64,000 nt of DNA from Octopus sinensis (lineage: Eukaryota): NCBI RefSeq assembly GCF_006345805.1, contig NC_043001.1, positions 84,568,001-84,632,000 of the forward strand, read 5' to 3'. Shown here piece by piece: positions 12,927 through 24,424 of this stretch. Position 1 is the stretch's first letter; each line of letters begins with the position of its first letter. A model generated the notes under the pieces. It was not told where the DNA came from. It did not search any database and was given only the letters and a program-made list of their open reading frames with translations. The position numbers and the translations under genes are program-made.

Positions 12927-14216
12927 CGAGGGGCGTTCAATAAGTAATGCCTCTGACCCACTTGCAGTTGTTTGATCTAGCTGGAATTTTGCATGTGCAA
13001 TTATTTATATCTCTATAGATTAAGTGGCAAATTACAGCTCTGAACTATTTGTGGTTTCTGATTTACAGGTGTTTGAACTGAGTCAAGTGTGAAATGGAGC
13101 ATGTTGAGTGTCGAGCAGTGATCCGGTTTTTGTATTTGAAAGGACGCACACCACGAGAGACTTTTGATGAAATGAAAGTAACTTATGGTGATGATGCCCC
13201 ATCATATGACCTTGTAAAACGCTGGCCTCGTGAATTCAAACATGGTCGGAACTCTGTGGAAACAGCTCCCAGATCTGGTCGCCCCCTTCTGCCATTGATG
13301 AGGCATCTGTCTGTCAAGTTGAGGCTGCCATTTTGGAAGATCGACGCATAATTATTCGCCAAATAGCCAATGAGGTCAAGATTAGTACCGGGTCTGTGGA
13401 AACTATCATTCATGACCATTTGCATATGCAAAAGGTGTCTGCCAGATGGATTCCCAGATTGCTCACACCTTTCCAGAAGCAAGAACGCGTCGATTGCTCG
13501 AGGATGAATTTGGAGATGTGCCAAGAAGATGAGTCAAAATTTTTCAAAAGACTGATTGCATAGGATAAAACCTGGGTCCATCACTATGATCCAGAGACCA
13601 AAGCCCAGTCAATGCAGTGGAAGCACCATGACTCACCTCCTCCAAAGAAGGCAAGGGTGCTGCCCTCCGCTGGCAAGGTCATGCTTACAGTCTTCTGGGA
13701 CCAGGACGGAGTAGTGAAGACAGATTTCCTGGCAAAGGGTGCCACAATTACAGGAGTCTATTATGCTTCACTTTTGAGGAAATTAAGAGAAGCTATAAAA
13801 ATCAAGAGGCGGGGCAAGATCAGCAAAGGCATCCTCCTCCTGCAGGACAACACTCCGATCCACAACTCGCGTGTTGCCAGATCAGAAGCACAGGCGTGCG
13901 GCTATGAACTCATCCCCCATCCCCCAACTCTCCTGACCTTGCACCTCTGATTTTCACCTCTTCCCAGCCATGAAGTTGTTTTTGAAAAGAAAACGTTTCC
14001 CAGATGATGCAGCCTTGATTTCTGAAGTCACGTCGTGGTTGGAGGACCAAGCTGGGGTCTTCTACAAAAACGGTCTTCAGAGCTGCATCAAACGATGGGA
14101 GAAATGCGTAACTCTGGGTGGTTCCTATGTAGAAAAAGACTAATAACTGTTCCAAGTTTCGTTGCTCTACTGCTATGGGAAGTGTGTCAGGGGCATTACT
14201 TATTGAACGCCCCTCG
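12927..14216 (+). mobile_element. Full-length mariner (D,D34D; irritans/Himar-like) with TIRs and TA target-site duplication
   Basis: TA-cgaggggcgttcaataagtaatgcc at the left end and ggcattacttattgaacgcccctcg-TA at the right end; 1290 bp. Confidence 0.95.
13094..14143 (+). pseudogene. Mariner transposase pseudogene
   Basis: RAVIRFLYLKG, ARWIPRLL, DKTWVHHYDPE, LLQDNTPIH and SPDLAPSDFHLFP motifs. Frameshifts near 13290 and 13925, and an in-frame TAG at 13561. Confidence 0.92.
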
Positions 14217-14613
14217 TACTAGCCGGTTTTGTCGTTGCTGGGGTCTTCTTTAAAAATGATTCAGTTGACTTACAGTCAAATTTATTCCAGTCAATGAAAT
14301 TCTTTACAAGGCTGTTAGAACATTTTTTATGCGAACTTAGAACTTCACTGTTTTTAAAGACAATAGCTCGAAAGAGATTTGGCTGCTATTTCAGGTAAAT
14401 TGAGCGACCTCAAAGAAGTCCCGTACATTAGTTAATGTTTTTGGTGGTGGTGTTTTTTTATGATGATGATGATGGTATTGATGATGATGATCATCATCAT
14501 CATGGTTGCATTTGCAATAGTGGTATTGGTGTTTATGGTGACAGTAGCAGCACTGCCATGGCTGGTGGCTACAGTGGTAGAAGACAAAGTGAAAGAGAGG
14601 GAGAGAAAGAAGA

Positions 14614-14648
<35 letters not shown>

Positions 14649-15169
14649 AAGAAAGAGAAAGAAAGAACGAAAGAAAGAAAGAAAGAAAGAGAGAAAGAAA
14701 GAAAGAAATAAAGAAAGAAAGAAAGGAGAGCGGTCTATATTCGGTTACCTGAACACTTTTAATCAAAGATGGCGTGAGTTTGTCGCTCTTCATTGTATTG
14801 TCAAAACTGGGGCAAGGACTTGTTTTATGAGTTAGAGAAGCATGAAAAAGATTTAAAACACACACACAAATACACTCACGCAGACAAGTAAACACATAAA
14901 GTAAACAAATAAAGACACCCACTCACACACATATATATGTAGACAGATTCATAGATATATGTATGTATATGCAGAAGTATGCATGCATAATACATACAAA
15001 AGCACGGGACGAAGTTTGTATCTCAACCACATTGTCCAAGGTTCAGTCCCACTGCGTGGCACCTTGAGCAAATGATTTCTACTGTAGCCTCGGGCCAACC
15101 AAAGCCTTGTGGGTTGATTTGTTAGACGGAAACTGAAAGAAGCCCGTCGAATATATTTATATATATATA

Positions 15170-15375
15170 GTTAATCCAAATATGAAAACACAAAGAGAAA
15201 ACACAACAACGCGAGGGCGTGGAACAAGTATAGTGTTATTGGACGCTCAGGAAAGGAAAGAAAGAAGGAGGATTTAACGTTTCGAGCGGAGCTCTTCGTC
15301 AGAAACATAGGGAAAGAAAAGATCCAAGGAAGGGAAGACGGAGGCAAAAAATCGCAAACGATACACATGCGGTCA
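15170..15375 (-). mobile_element. Short ~200-bp pLTR-like HHR element nested in the internal microsatellite of a family B SINE
   Basis: Homologous copies at 20455-20632, 35140-35355 and 49900-50105. It carries a minimal HHR. Confidence 0.75.
15273..15305 (-). ncRNA. Minimal type-I hammerhead, intact core
   Basis: ttt-CUGACGA-a-gagc(tcc)gctc-GAAACGUU^aaa. Helix III is reduced to the ACGU palindrome. Confidence 0.8.
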
Positions 15376-15541
15376 CACACACACACACACATACACACAC
15401 ACACATATATATATATATTATACATATATATATATTATATATATATATATATTAGATATATACATTACATATATATCAATTATATATATATATTATATAA
15501 ATATATATTTTATATATATATATCGGGAGAGATACATAGAT

Positions 15542-15604
<63 letters not shown>

Positions 15605-16683
15605 TGTGCGTGTCTCTTAATGCTTGTCCCCAATGACAGCTTGACAACCGGTGTTAGTTTGTTTACATTTCCGTAACTTAGCTGTTCTCTCAAAGTAGAC
15701 CGATAGAATATGTACCAGGCTTTTGAAAAATAGGTACGGGGGTCGATGTGTTTGACTAAACCCTTCAAAAGCAATACCTCTTCATGGTCGCAGTCTAATG
15801 AATGAAACAAGTAAAAGATAAAAGATATGTAATTATCTGTTCCTTTATTGGGAGAATCAACAAAAAAAAAGGGATCCATCCAGTGAGAGGCAAGGCGCGC
15901 TGTATAAGGTTGTATAAGGTGCCATATATTTTCAGGTTGAATGATTGCCTTAAAATACACGTCACACTACACAACATAAATACAATATAAATTTGCATTT
16001 GTAGATCCTTCATATAGATACTCGTTTGTGTTCATTATACACTTCAATTACAAGCTGAAACATATGACATATAAATGGAAATTATTAGTATTTCGAGACC
16101 GGCTTGATAATAAGAGCTACTGAATTACTAAATGATGCTAAAAGTCTTTTAGTATAAGCAATGTAAATTTAATAGAAAATAATGAACCTTTGTTTAATGA
16201 ATTTATTCAAATAAGAAAAGGTGTTACTGTAATAAAGTTAATGATAATTAACATTATAACTGACATTCGAGGGTTCCAGTTGCTCCAATTAATGTGAAAT
16301 TAACGTGCAAGTAACAGAGCACAACAGAGATACGCCTACCCTTAACGTAGTTCTCAGGGCGATTCATAGTGACACAAAATGTGAAACGGCTGGGCCTTTG
16401 AAATACGGGAATTACTCCCTTTTGCCTGTTGAGTAGACTGGAGCAACGTGAAATAAGATGTCTTGCTCAAGGATACAGTACGCTGCCAGATATCGAATGC
16501 ACGCCCTTACGATCGTTAGCCGATTACCCTAACCACTTAGCCACGCGTCTGTATTACCATCAGAGAGATAAAGTAATCACTAGCGCAAACATACGGAAAA
16601 TATAAAGTGCTGACTATATATTTCAGTATCCGATTAGTATTTGCGAGGGGAGGTCATCGCTCCCATTTCTAGCCTTACGTGAT

Positions 16684-16730
16684 ACACACAGACTCGAGTT
16701 TCTGGGTGGTTACCCGTCCTCAGCGTGTGT
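16684..16730 (-). ncRNA. Type-I hammerhead, intact core
   Basis: acacacg-CUGAGGA-cgggt(aacc)accca-GAAAC-ucga-GUC^tgtgtgt. Helix III ACUCGAGU is a palindrome. Confidence 0.85.
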
Positions 16731-17041
16731 TAATCATAAGCTAGTGATGAAAATTCATTCCACTCGCAAAATACTATATGCTTTTTTCCAGTGACAAACT
16801 ATCGCTGATCTCGAAAAAGCAGAAATAAGCTATATAAAATCTCAGAGCCAGATGTAAGCAGTAGCAGTACGGAATCGTAACATATAATTGCCAACCAAGT
16901 GTGGCGTCCCATACTGGACAGTGCTACTGACGTTTATAGCCCCAGGAAGGCATCTCCCCCAGCTGGCTAACGACACACATTCTGTGTCCGATTTGTATTT
17001 GCAAGGGGAGGTCATCACTCCCATATTTAGCCTTACGTAAT

Positions 17042-17088
17042 ACACACGGACTCGAGTTTCTGGGTAGTTGCCCGTCATCATCGTGTGT
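17042..17088 (-). ncRNA. Hammerhead copy with C3A core mutation
   Basis: acacacg-AUGAUGA-cgggc..accca-GAAACUCGAGUC-cgtgtgt. Confidence 0.65.
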
Positions 17089-17176
17089 TAACCACAAGCT
17101 TGAGATGAAAACTCATTCCACCCGCAAAATACTATCTGCTTTTTCCAGCGACAAACTGTCACTGATCTCGATTAAG

Positions 17177-17220
17177 ACACGCTGAGGACGGGTAACCACC
17201 CAGAGACTCGAGCCCGTGTG
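17177..17220 (+). ncRNA. Hammerhead copy (inverted arm), mutated
   Basis: acacg-CTGAGGA-cgggtaaccaccca-GAGAC-tcga-GCC-cgtgt. Both GAAA and the GUC site are altered. Confidence 0.6.
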
Positions 17221-17621
17221 TATCACTTAAGGCTAGAGATGGGAGCGATGACCTCCCCTCGCAAATATTAATCGGATACAGAATGTGCGTCGTTAGACAG
17301 CTGGAGGTGATGTCTTCCTGGGGTTATAAACGTCAGTAGAACTGTCCTGTACAGGACGCCACAGTTGATTGGCAATTATATGTTACGATTCTCCGTACTG
17401 CTACTGTTCATATCTCGCTCAGAGATTTAATATAGCTTATTTCTCCATAAATTTCAACTTCTTATTCTCATAACCGACTCGAACAAGGTTCTTATAGAGA
17501 ATTTAGAATATAATTCAAAGAAGTTCTTTACTTCAACAATCGCATATATACAATCATTTTAGTAGCTGGATTTTACATAAACACCCACACAAGCACAAAC
17601 ACACGCACACAGAAATCTCAT

Positions 17622-17657
<36 letters not shown>

Positions 17658-18153
17658 GCACACAAGTTCACATGCATGCGCGCATGCACACATACACATT
17701 TGTTTTCGGAGATACCATTCACATGATATCACAGGTGCACACACCCATACCACAGTCATACGCATTGTTTTGTTAGAAAGTTCAATAGTTTCTCCATAAA
17801 AATTCCAAGTAAAACTGACATTTTTAAAATGAAAACATAGTAAATGTCATTTATAAAATACACTAGACTATGCTACGCTATTGTTTTCACTTCGAATTTA
17901 AATCAACCTATACCCTATAAACTTACTTATCCTTTTTTTCTTCCTTCCTTCCTAATCTTCTCTTTCAACAACCCTTCAAGTAACATATCTGTTTAATGTG
18001 TCCCTTGGTTGTTAAACGTTTATCTAGTTTATTATCTCGAAATGTTCCATTTTACTGAAATTTTCAACAAATTATAAAATCTCATATAATTCGCATTACT
18101 TTCTGGTTCATATAATTATTTAATTGAACGACACGCATTCATTCCAAAGTATC

Positions 18154-18188
<35 letters not shown>

Positions 18189-18308
18189 ACAATCAAGGAA
18201 CGGCCATAATAGGCCATTCACCCACTAGAAATAACAGCCAAAGCTTCAACCGCAAATAAAAATCAATTCCGTAAACAGGAGAAAATTTAAAAAAACATTT
18301 ACCCTGTA

Positions 18309-18415
18309 ATTTCTTATACGATGCACCGTTTCATCTGCTGTTTAATGGTAAACTAACCTGATTAAATTAAATCAGGCCAATCTTCCATAGGCCCTCAGAT
18401 TCTTCAGTAAGAAAT
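18309..18415 (-). ncRNA. Type-I hammerhead with expanded helix II (inverted copy)
   Basis: Reverse complement of 18856-18962. Confidence 0.88.
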
Positions 18416-18855
18416 AGCCACAAGTCGGAACAGATATTTTCACGAGGCATTTCCGACCCTGCCGACAGGGTAAATGTTTTTTAAAATTTTCTCCTGTTTA
18501 CGGAATTGATTTTTATTTGCGGTTGAAGCTTTGGCTGTTATTTCTAGTGGGTGAATGGCCTATTATGGCCGTTCCTTGATTGTTGATGTTGAACTTAAAA
18601 ATGGTCTATGACTATTTAATTTTTTCCCACTAGGCCGCTGGTGGCAAAAGAATTCTACAAAATTTTTTTTTTGCCACCCTATATTGATTAATTATGAATT
18701 TTCTGGTTAATTCCGTAATGGAATCGACGGCTTATATATATTTATTTGCTGCCGATAAATTTGGCGCGAGTGCGATGATTTGAAAATTTTAGGTCAGATA
18801 TTACCTTGGCAGGGTCGGAAATGCCTCGTGAAAATATCTGTTCCGACTTGTGGCT

Positions 18856-18962
18856 ATTTCTTACTGAAGAATCTGAGGGCCTATGGAAGATTGGCCTGAT
18901 TTAATTTAATCAGGTTAGTTTACCATTAAACAGCAGATGAAACGGTGCATCGTATAAGAAAT
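18856..18962 (+). ncRNA. Type-I hammerhead with 68-nt branched helix II
   Basis: atttctta-CTGAAGA-atctg...cagat-GAAAC-ggtgcatc-GTA^taagaaat, with an 8-bp stem I. Predicted cut at 18954/18955. Confidence 0.9.
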
Positions 18963-19353
18963 TACAGGGTAAATGTTTTTTTAAATTTTCTCCTGTTTAC
19001 GGAATTGATTTTTATTTGCGGTTGAAGCTTTGGCTGTTATTTCTAGTGGGTGAATGGCCTATTATGGCCGTTCCTTGATTGTTGATGTTGAACTTAAAAA
19101 TGGTCTATGACTATTTAATTTTTTCCCACTAGGCCGCTGGTGGCAAAAGAATTCTACAAAATTTTTTTTTTGCCACCCTATATTGATTAATTATGAATTT
19201 TCTGGTTAATTCCGTAATGGAATCGACGGCTTATATATATTTATTTGCTGCCGATAAATTGGCGCGAGTGCGATGATTTGAAAATTTTAGGTCAGATATT
19301 ACCTTGGCAGGGTCGGAAATGCCTCGTGAAAATATCTGTTCCGACTTGTGGCT

Positions 19354-19460
19354 ATTTCTTACTGAAGAATCTGAGGGCCTATGGAAGATTGGCCTGATTT
19401 AATTTAATCAGGTTAGTTTACCATTAAACAGCAGATGAAACGGTGCATCGTATAAGAAAT
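19354..19460 (+). ncRNA. Type-I hammerhead with 68-nt branched helix II (second tandem copy)
   Basis: Same sequence as 18856-18962, 498 nt downstream. Predicted cut at 19452/19453. Confidence 0.9.
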
Positions 19461-19685
19461 TACAGGGTAAATGTTTTTTTAAATTTTCTCTGTTTACGGA
19501 ATTGATTTTTATTTGCGGTTGAAGCTTTGGCTGTTATTTCTAGTGGGTGAATGGCCTATTATGGCCGTTCCTTGATTGTTGATGTTGAACTTAAAAATGG
19601 TCTATGACTATTTAATTTTTTCCCACTAGACCGCTGGTGGCAAAAGAATTCTACAAAATTTTTTTTTTTGCCACCCTATATTGAT

Positions 19686-19736
<51 letters not shown>

Positions 19737-19919
19737 TCTTTTCTCTTACTCTGTTTTACTTGTTTCAGTCACTTGACTGCGGCCATACTGGAGCACCGCT
19801 TTTAGTCGAGCAAATCGACCTCAGGACTTATTCTTTGTCAACCTAGTACTTATTATATCGGTTTCTTTTTCCAACCGCTAAGTTACAGGGATGTAAACAC
19901 ACCACCATCGGCTGTCAAG

Positions 19920-19957
<38 letters not shown>

Positions 19958-20006
19958 ATATATATATATATATATATGTATATATATGTATACTCTTACC
20001 ATGAAT

Positions 20007-20101
20007 GATAGGTCACCTGGTGTAATCGGTATCACATTTAGTCGCGTAATAAAGAGATGTGAGTTCGAATCCCACGTGTCCGGGTAACCTATCTTTTTTT
20101 T
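20007..20101 (+). other. tRNA-like Pol III unit (A box, B box, oligo-T terminator); tRNA pseudogene or SINE head
   Basis: TGGTGTAATCGG (A box), GAGTTCGAATCC (B box) and a T-run at 20094-20101. Confidence 0.55.
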
Positions 20102-20499
20102 CTGTCGAGGGTTTATATGCCCTATTATTAAACTATTTTCTTGTGTCATTGCGTGGTAATCGCTTTAGGCTTTAGGCCTATAAAATACTATTATTATGAT
20201 TTACACACACACACACACACACACATACATACATACATATATTTATATATGCACATATATATTGGAGATGTACTTTCTTAGCAAGTGACTTGACCTGAGA
20301 TCGTGTGCTGAAGCAAAAACAATTGCAGCGTGGAAGATATTTGTAAGCCGTTTAAGAACACACAAAAACCGTTAGTTTCACTTGAACATTTAAGTTTGAT
20401 TTGTGTCAGAATATTTTCGTCGCATTAAAACTGCGTTCTTTGACAAAACTTCGTCCTCTTTTTTTTCCTCCGACTTCCTTTTCTATTGGACTTTTCTCT

Positions 20500-20534
20500 G
20501 TTTCTGAAGAAAAGCTTTGCTCGAAACGTTAAAC
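20500..20534 (+). ncRNA. Minimal type-I hammerhead (short pLTR family)
   Basis: gttt-CTGAAGA-aaagc(ttt)gctc-GAAACGTT^aaac. Confidence 0.7.
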
Positions 20535-20891
20535 CAACTTTGTTCCTTCCCTGAGCGTCTGCTAATACTTTACATGTACCACGTCCTCACGTTGTTATTT
20601 TTTGTGTCTTTTCTCCGTTTTTTATTCAATTAAATATATATATGTGTTTTGTGTGTGTGTGTGTGTGTGTGATTATTGAGCGAAAACACCTAAAAGCTCC
20701 ATAAGGCTGCGGCAGGGGGTGGTGGCGACCCCTGCTGTACTCTTTCGCCCCAGATTTCTGTCACTCTCTCTTCCTGTTTTTTAAGTAACGCTGCAATGGA
20801 CTGGCGTCCCGTCCAGCTGGGGGGAACACATACGCCATAGAAACCGGGAAACCGGGCCCATGAGCCTCGCTAGGCTTGAAAAGGGTGCATA

Positions 20892-20990
<99 letters not shown>

Positions 20991-21234
20991 CTTGAGATGC
21001 CTCAGAGAAGGCTCACATTATACGGCATTATATGGTGTATTATTTGCTGGGAGTGTACAAAGGAATGTTCGTCAGGATGCGGGCTGAGACGTCATATAAA
21101 ATTTCACCGAAATAATCTTGTCATTTGTCTTATCTATTCTTTCAAAAGAATAAAAAAGAAAGACGTAATACACAAAACATAAAAGTCATTTCCTATTATT
21201 TCTTCGTATCTCGTGCATAGAAACCCTCTTTCTG

Positions 21235-21283
<49 letters not shown>

Positions 21284-21877
21284 CATTTTACCAGGTAATT
21301 TTAATTATAACTTTATTACCAGTTTTATTTACTTTACTTACTACTCCTAAACTGAAGTCGTCTTATGTCTATGCAAAGCACTGTCAGGTCAAGCTGATGG
21401 GATGTGTGCCTCACCTTGGTAAACACTATTAAACAGACTGGTGACCATTGTAGACGGAATTGGACGTTGAAGTGATTCTCTGAAATAAGAATGTCTATAA
21501 TATGTAAACACATATATAATTAAGTATATAGCAGCACACACAAACGTTTTGACACAAGCTACAAAGAAGAAAGCACTTTTCTGAGAATATTTCTATAGGA
21601 GAGATTAGGCGAAGAAAAAAAACACTAGGTTGGGGTGGGGTAATATGTGTCAATGTACACGCGCTCACAACAGATATCTCCCTAAGTTTTAAGTTTGAGA
21701 AACGTGTGAAGGAAGTGTTAAGAAGGATTCGGTAATCTGGAAGAGTAGGTGTATGCACATGTGTGTGTATATGTGTATGTGTGTGTGTGTGTGATTGTGT
21801 AGGCAGATAGATAGATATAAATTTAGATATAGACATTTCTATGTATGTATGTGCATGTATATTTATATGTATGTGAG

Positions 21878-21950
<73 letters not shown>

Positions 21951-21975
21951 GTGTGTGCGTGTGTGTGTGTGTGTA

Positions 21976-22337
21976 TCTCTATATATAAACGGCAAAATGT
22001 CTGTGTGTGTGTCCTTTGTACAAATCCACAATTTTTCAGTTAGAGGGCTCACACTTTCTATGGTCATTCAAAACCGTCCTAGGGTGGTCGAGCACATCTT
22101 TACATTACCCCAGTCACCCCGCAAAGCCATTAAAAAATCCACAGAATTGACTTTTTTGTGAATTTTCTATCCAAAACCCAATCAAAATACCCGAAACTTG
22201 ATACGCCAATTGAATGCCAGCTAGCTGTATGTGGTTGGTCGAAGATTTGGACATTACTCGCGTGTAGGTGCGCACACGCGCAGCTGTATATGCATGCACT
22301 AGCAGTATGACCCGGCGTTGCCGGGTCATAGTGCTAG
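21976..22337 (+). mobile_element. Non-autonomous Helitron
   Basis: A|TCTCTATATATAAACGGC start, tatgacccggc-gtt-gccgggtcata hairpin and CTAG|T end. Confidence 0.85.
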
Positions 22338-22554
22338 TAAATATATATTTTGATTCGAGTTGTATGAATGTGTATAGAATAAAATATTAGTTGAATAAAT
22401 TTAAAACAGTCTGGCATTCAGGTTTTTTTATTAGGGTTTTTTAACAAAGCTAGCTCTTTCATATATAATGTACTCATCAGATTTCAAAATATGTTCAACC
22501 TCTGTGTGTGCTTGTATGTGTGAGTGTGTGTGTATGTGTATATATATATATGTA

Positions 22555-22623
<69 letters not shown>

Positions 22624-22737
22624 GCACCTATATATGTGCATGTATGTATACATTTGTGTGTATGCATTTGTATGTATACATTTGTATGTGTGTATGCATA
22701 TATATATATATATATATATATATCTGCATACACACAA

Positions 22738-22781
<44 letters not shown>

Positions 22782-23506
22782 ATATCAGTATGTATGTATG
22801 TGTGTATGTATGCATCTTTATATATCAAAGGTGAAGAGAAAGAGGAAGATATAGAAATAGAAATCTAGATATAGATATAGAAGACAAAGAAATCTATTCA
22901 TAAAATGCTGAATAATTGAAGTATTTCTGCGTATGTTATATTTGAATGTGTGTGTGTGTGTGTGTGTAGAGGCATTGTTGTATGTTTTTGTGTGCATATG
23001 TGGGTGTGTGCATGTTTAAATGTGTGTGTGTGTGTTTATGTGCGAAAACAGAAGGCGTGCAGCGATTACGAGACAATCACATGTATAGAGATTCATACAC
23101 ACACACACACACACTGAAGGATATAAGTAAGCTTCATTTACAATATGTAATTGTGCGTGTGTGTGTGTATGGGTGTGTGCGTATGTGTGTGTGTATGTGC
23201 GCGCATGTTTGGTTGAGCAGAGCGTGCGGTTGTGTGTGTGTGTGTTTTTCTACCTGCATGTAAATTGAGAAATATGAGATTATAATTAGAAACAAGAAAA
23301 ATATAAGGAGATAAAAGAAAGGGGAGTTAGTAGTGAAAGATAAGAGACGCGCAATTGGTCGCCATTACCTCATTGAGAAAGATAGTCTTACATCTTTCTA
23401 TGTTTTTGTCTGAGTAACAATACAAAAAACACCATGAACTTATATATATATAGGTGAGCACATAAGTACAAGACAAGGTGGAAAATACCAAGGGTAGAGT
23501 AATATC

Positions 23507-23649
23507 CTTTTATTAAGCCTGCAAAACTATTCACAAACTGTTACTCAAATTTTCACATTCCCGTTCGTCGGACAATTGTGATGTCCGACGAACGGGAACG
23601 TGAAACACTGAGTAACAGTTTTGTGATAATTTTTCTGCTTTAATAAAAG
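23507..23649. repeat. Head-to-head palindrome with a compact HHR-like motif in each arm
   Basis: The + arm at 23582-23617 reads tgt-CCGACGA-acg(ggaa)cgt-GAAAC-actga-GTA-aca. A mirror copy is at 23539-23574. Confidence 0.65.
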
Positions 23650-23723
23650 TATATACATGAGTGACCTCCATATACATATGTATACGTAAGTATATTATAT
23701 ATATATACACACACACACATATA

Positions 23724-24126
23724 TCTATCTTTATATATAAAAGTCAAGTTGTGTGTCTGTCTCCTACGATTTAGATTCCTAACTACTCCCACATTTTGCG
23801 GTGCAGTGTAACCAAAAGCGGGTATCTTATAGTCGTGATTCATATCGAGCCCTTCTGGGTATTAGCGCGCGTCTACGATGAGTCTACGATTTAAAAAATA
23901 ATTTACCCTCATTTTATTTCCATTTTAATGCATTTTTTCGCTATTATATAAGGGAAGTAACTCTCTAAAAATGTCTACGATGAGTCAACGATTTTTAAAG
24001 ATATTAGCATCATTTTTTTTTCCATTTTTAATGCATTTTTTTGCTATTTTTTGGCTATAACTCTCTAAAAATGCTTATATAGTTATTTCCCTTACAAACC
24101 CGAGCAACGCCGGACGATACTGCTAG
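23724..24126 (+). mobile_element. Non-autonomous Helitron (same family as 59313-60330)
   Basis: TC start, cccgagcaacgccgga hairpin region and tgCTAG|T end. Confidence 0.85.
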
Positions 24127-24374
24127 TATATATATATATATATACATACATATAAAGTATGAAAGGTCTTGATATCCAGAAGATCCAAGGTGGCAGGTAA
24201 CGCTATGTAAGTGCTATGGAAGGACCGTAGTTAAACTCCCTAATATCCCAGAAACAGCTGTAAGACTAACTTTCTCTTTATAAATGTCCTGAAAATTCCA
24301 TACGGCTTTGTTGTCTCATTTTATTTTATTTAACACACACACACACACACACACGCACGCACACACACACACGC

Positions 24375-24424
<50 letters not shown>

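Larger units (their letters stand above)
16620..17450. mobile_element. Retrozyme-like element: minus-strand partial tandem (358-nt unit) plus a head-to-head inverted copy from 17171
   Basis: 16625-16812 is repeated at 16983-17170. 17171-17445 is the reverse complement of the unit. Three HHR motifs are present. Confidence 0.8.
18186..19688. mobile_element. Young retrozyme-like array: ~2.5 tandem 498/499-nt units (+) preceded by a head-to-head inverted partial copy (18186-18463), (TA)n-flanked
   Basis: Near-identical units start at 18465, 18964 and 19462. 18186-18463 is the reverse complement of part of the unit. Three identical HHRs are present. Confidence 0.92.

Noticed and set aside
18465-19688. 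Tandem array as CRISPR or ordinary satellite
   Set aside because: There is no repeat-spacer structure and the context is eukaryotic. The HHR content and inversion favour a retrozyme-like element.
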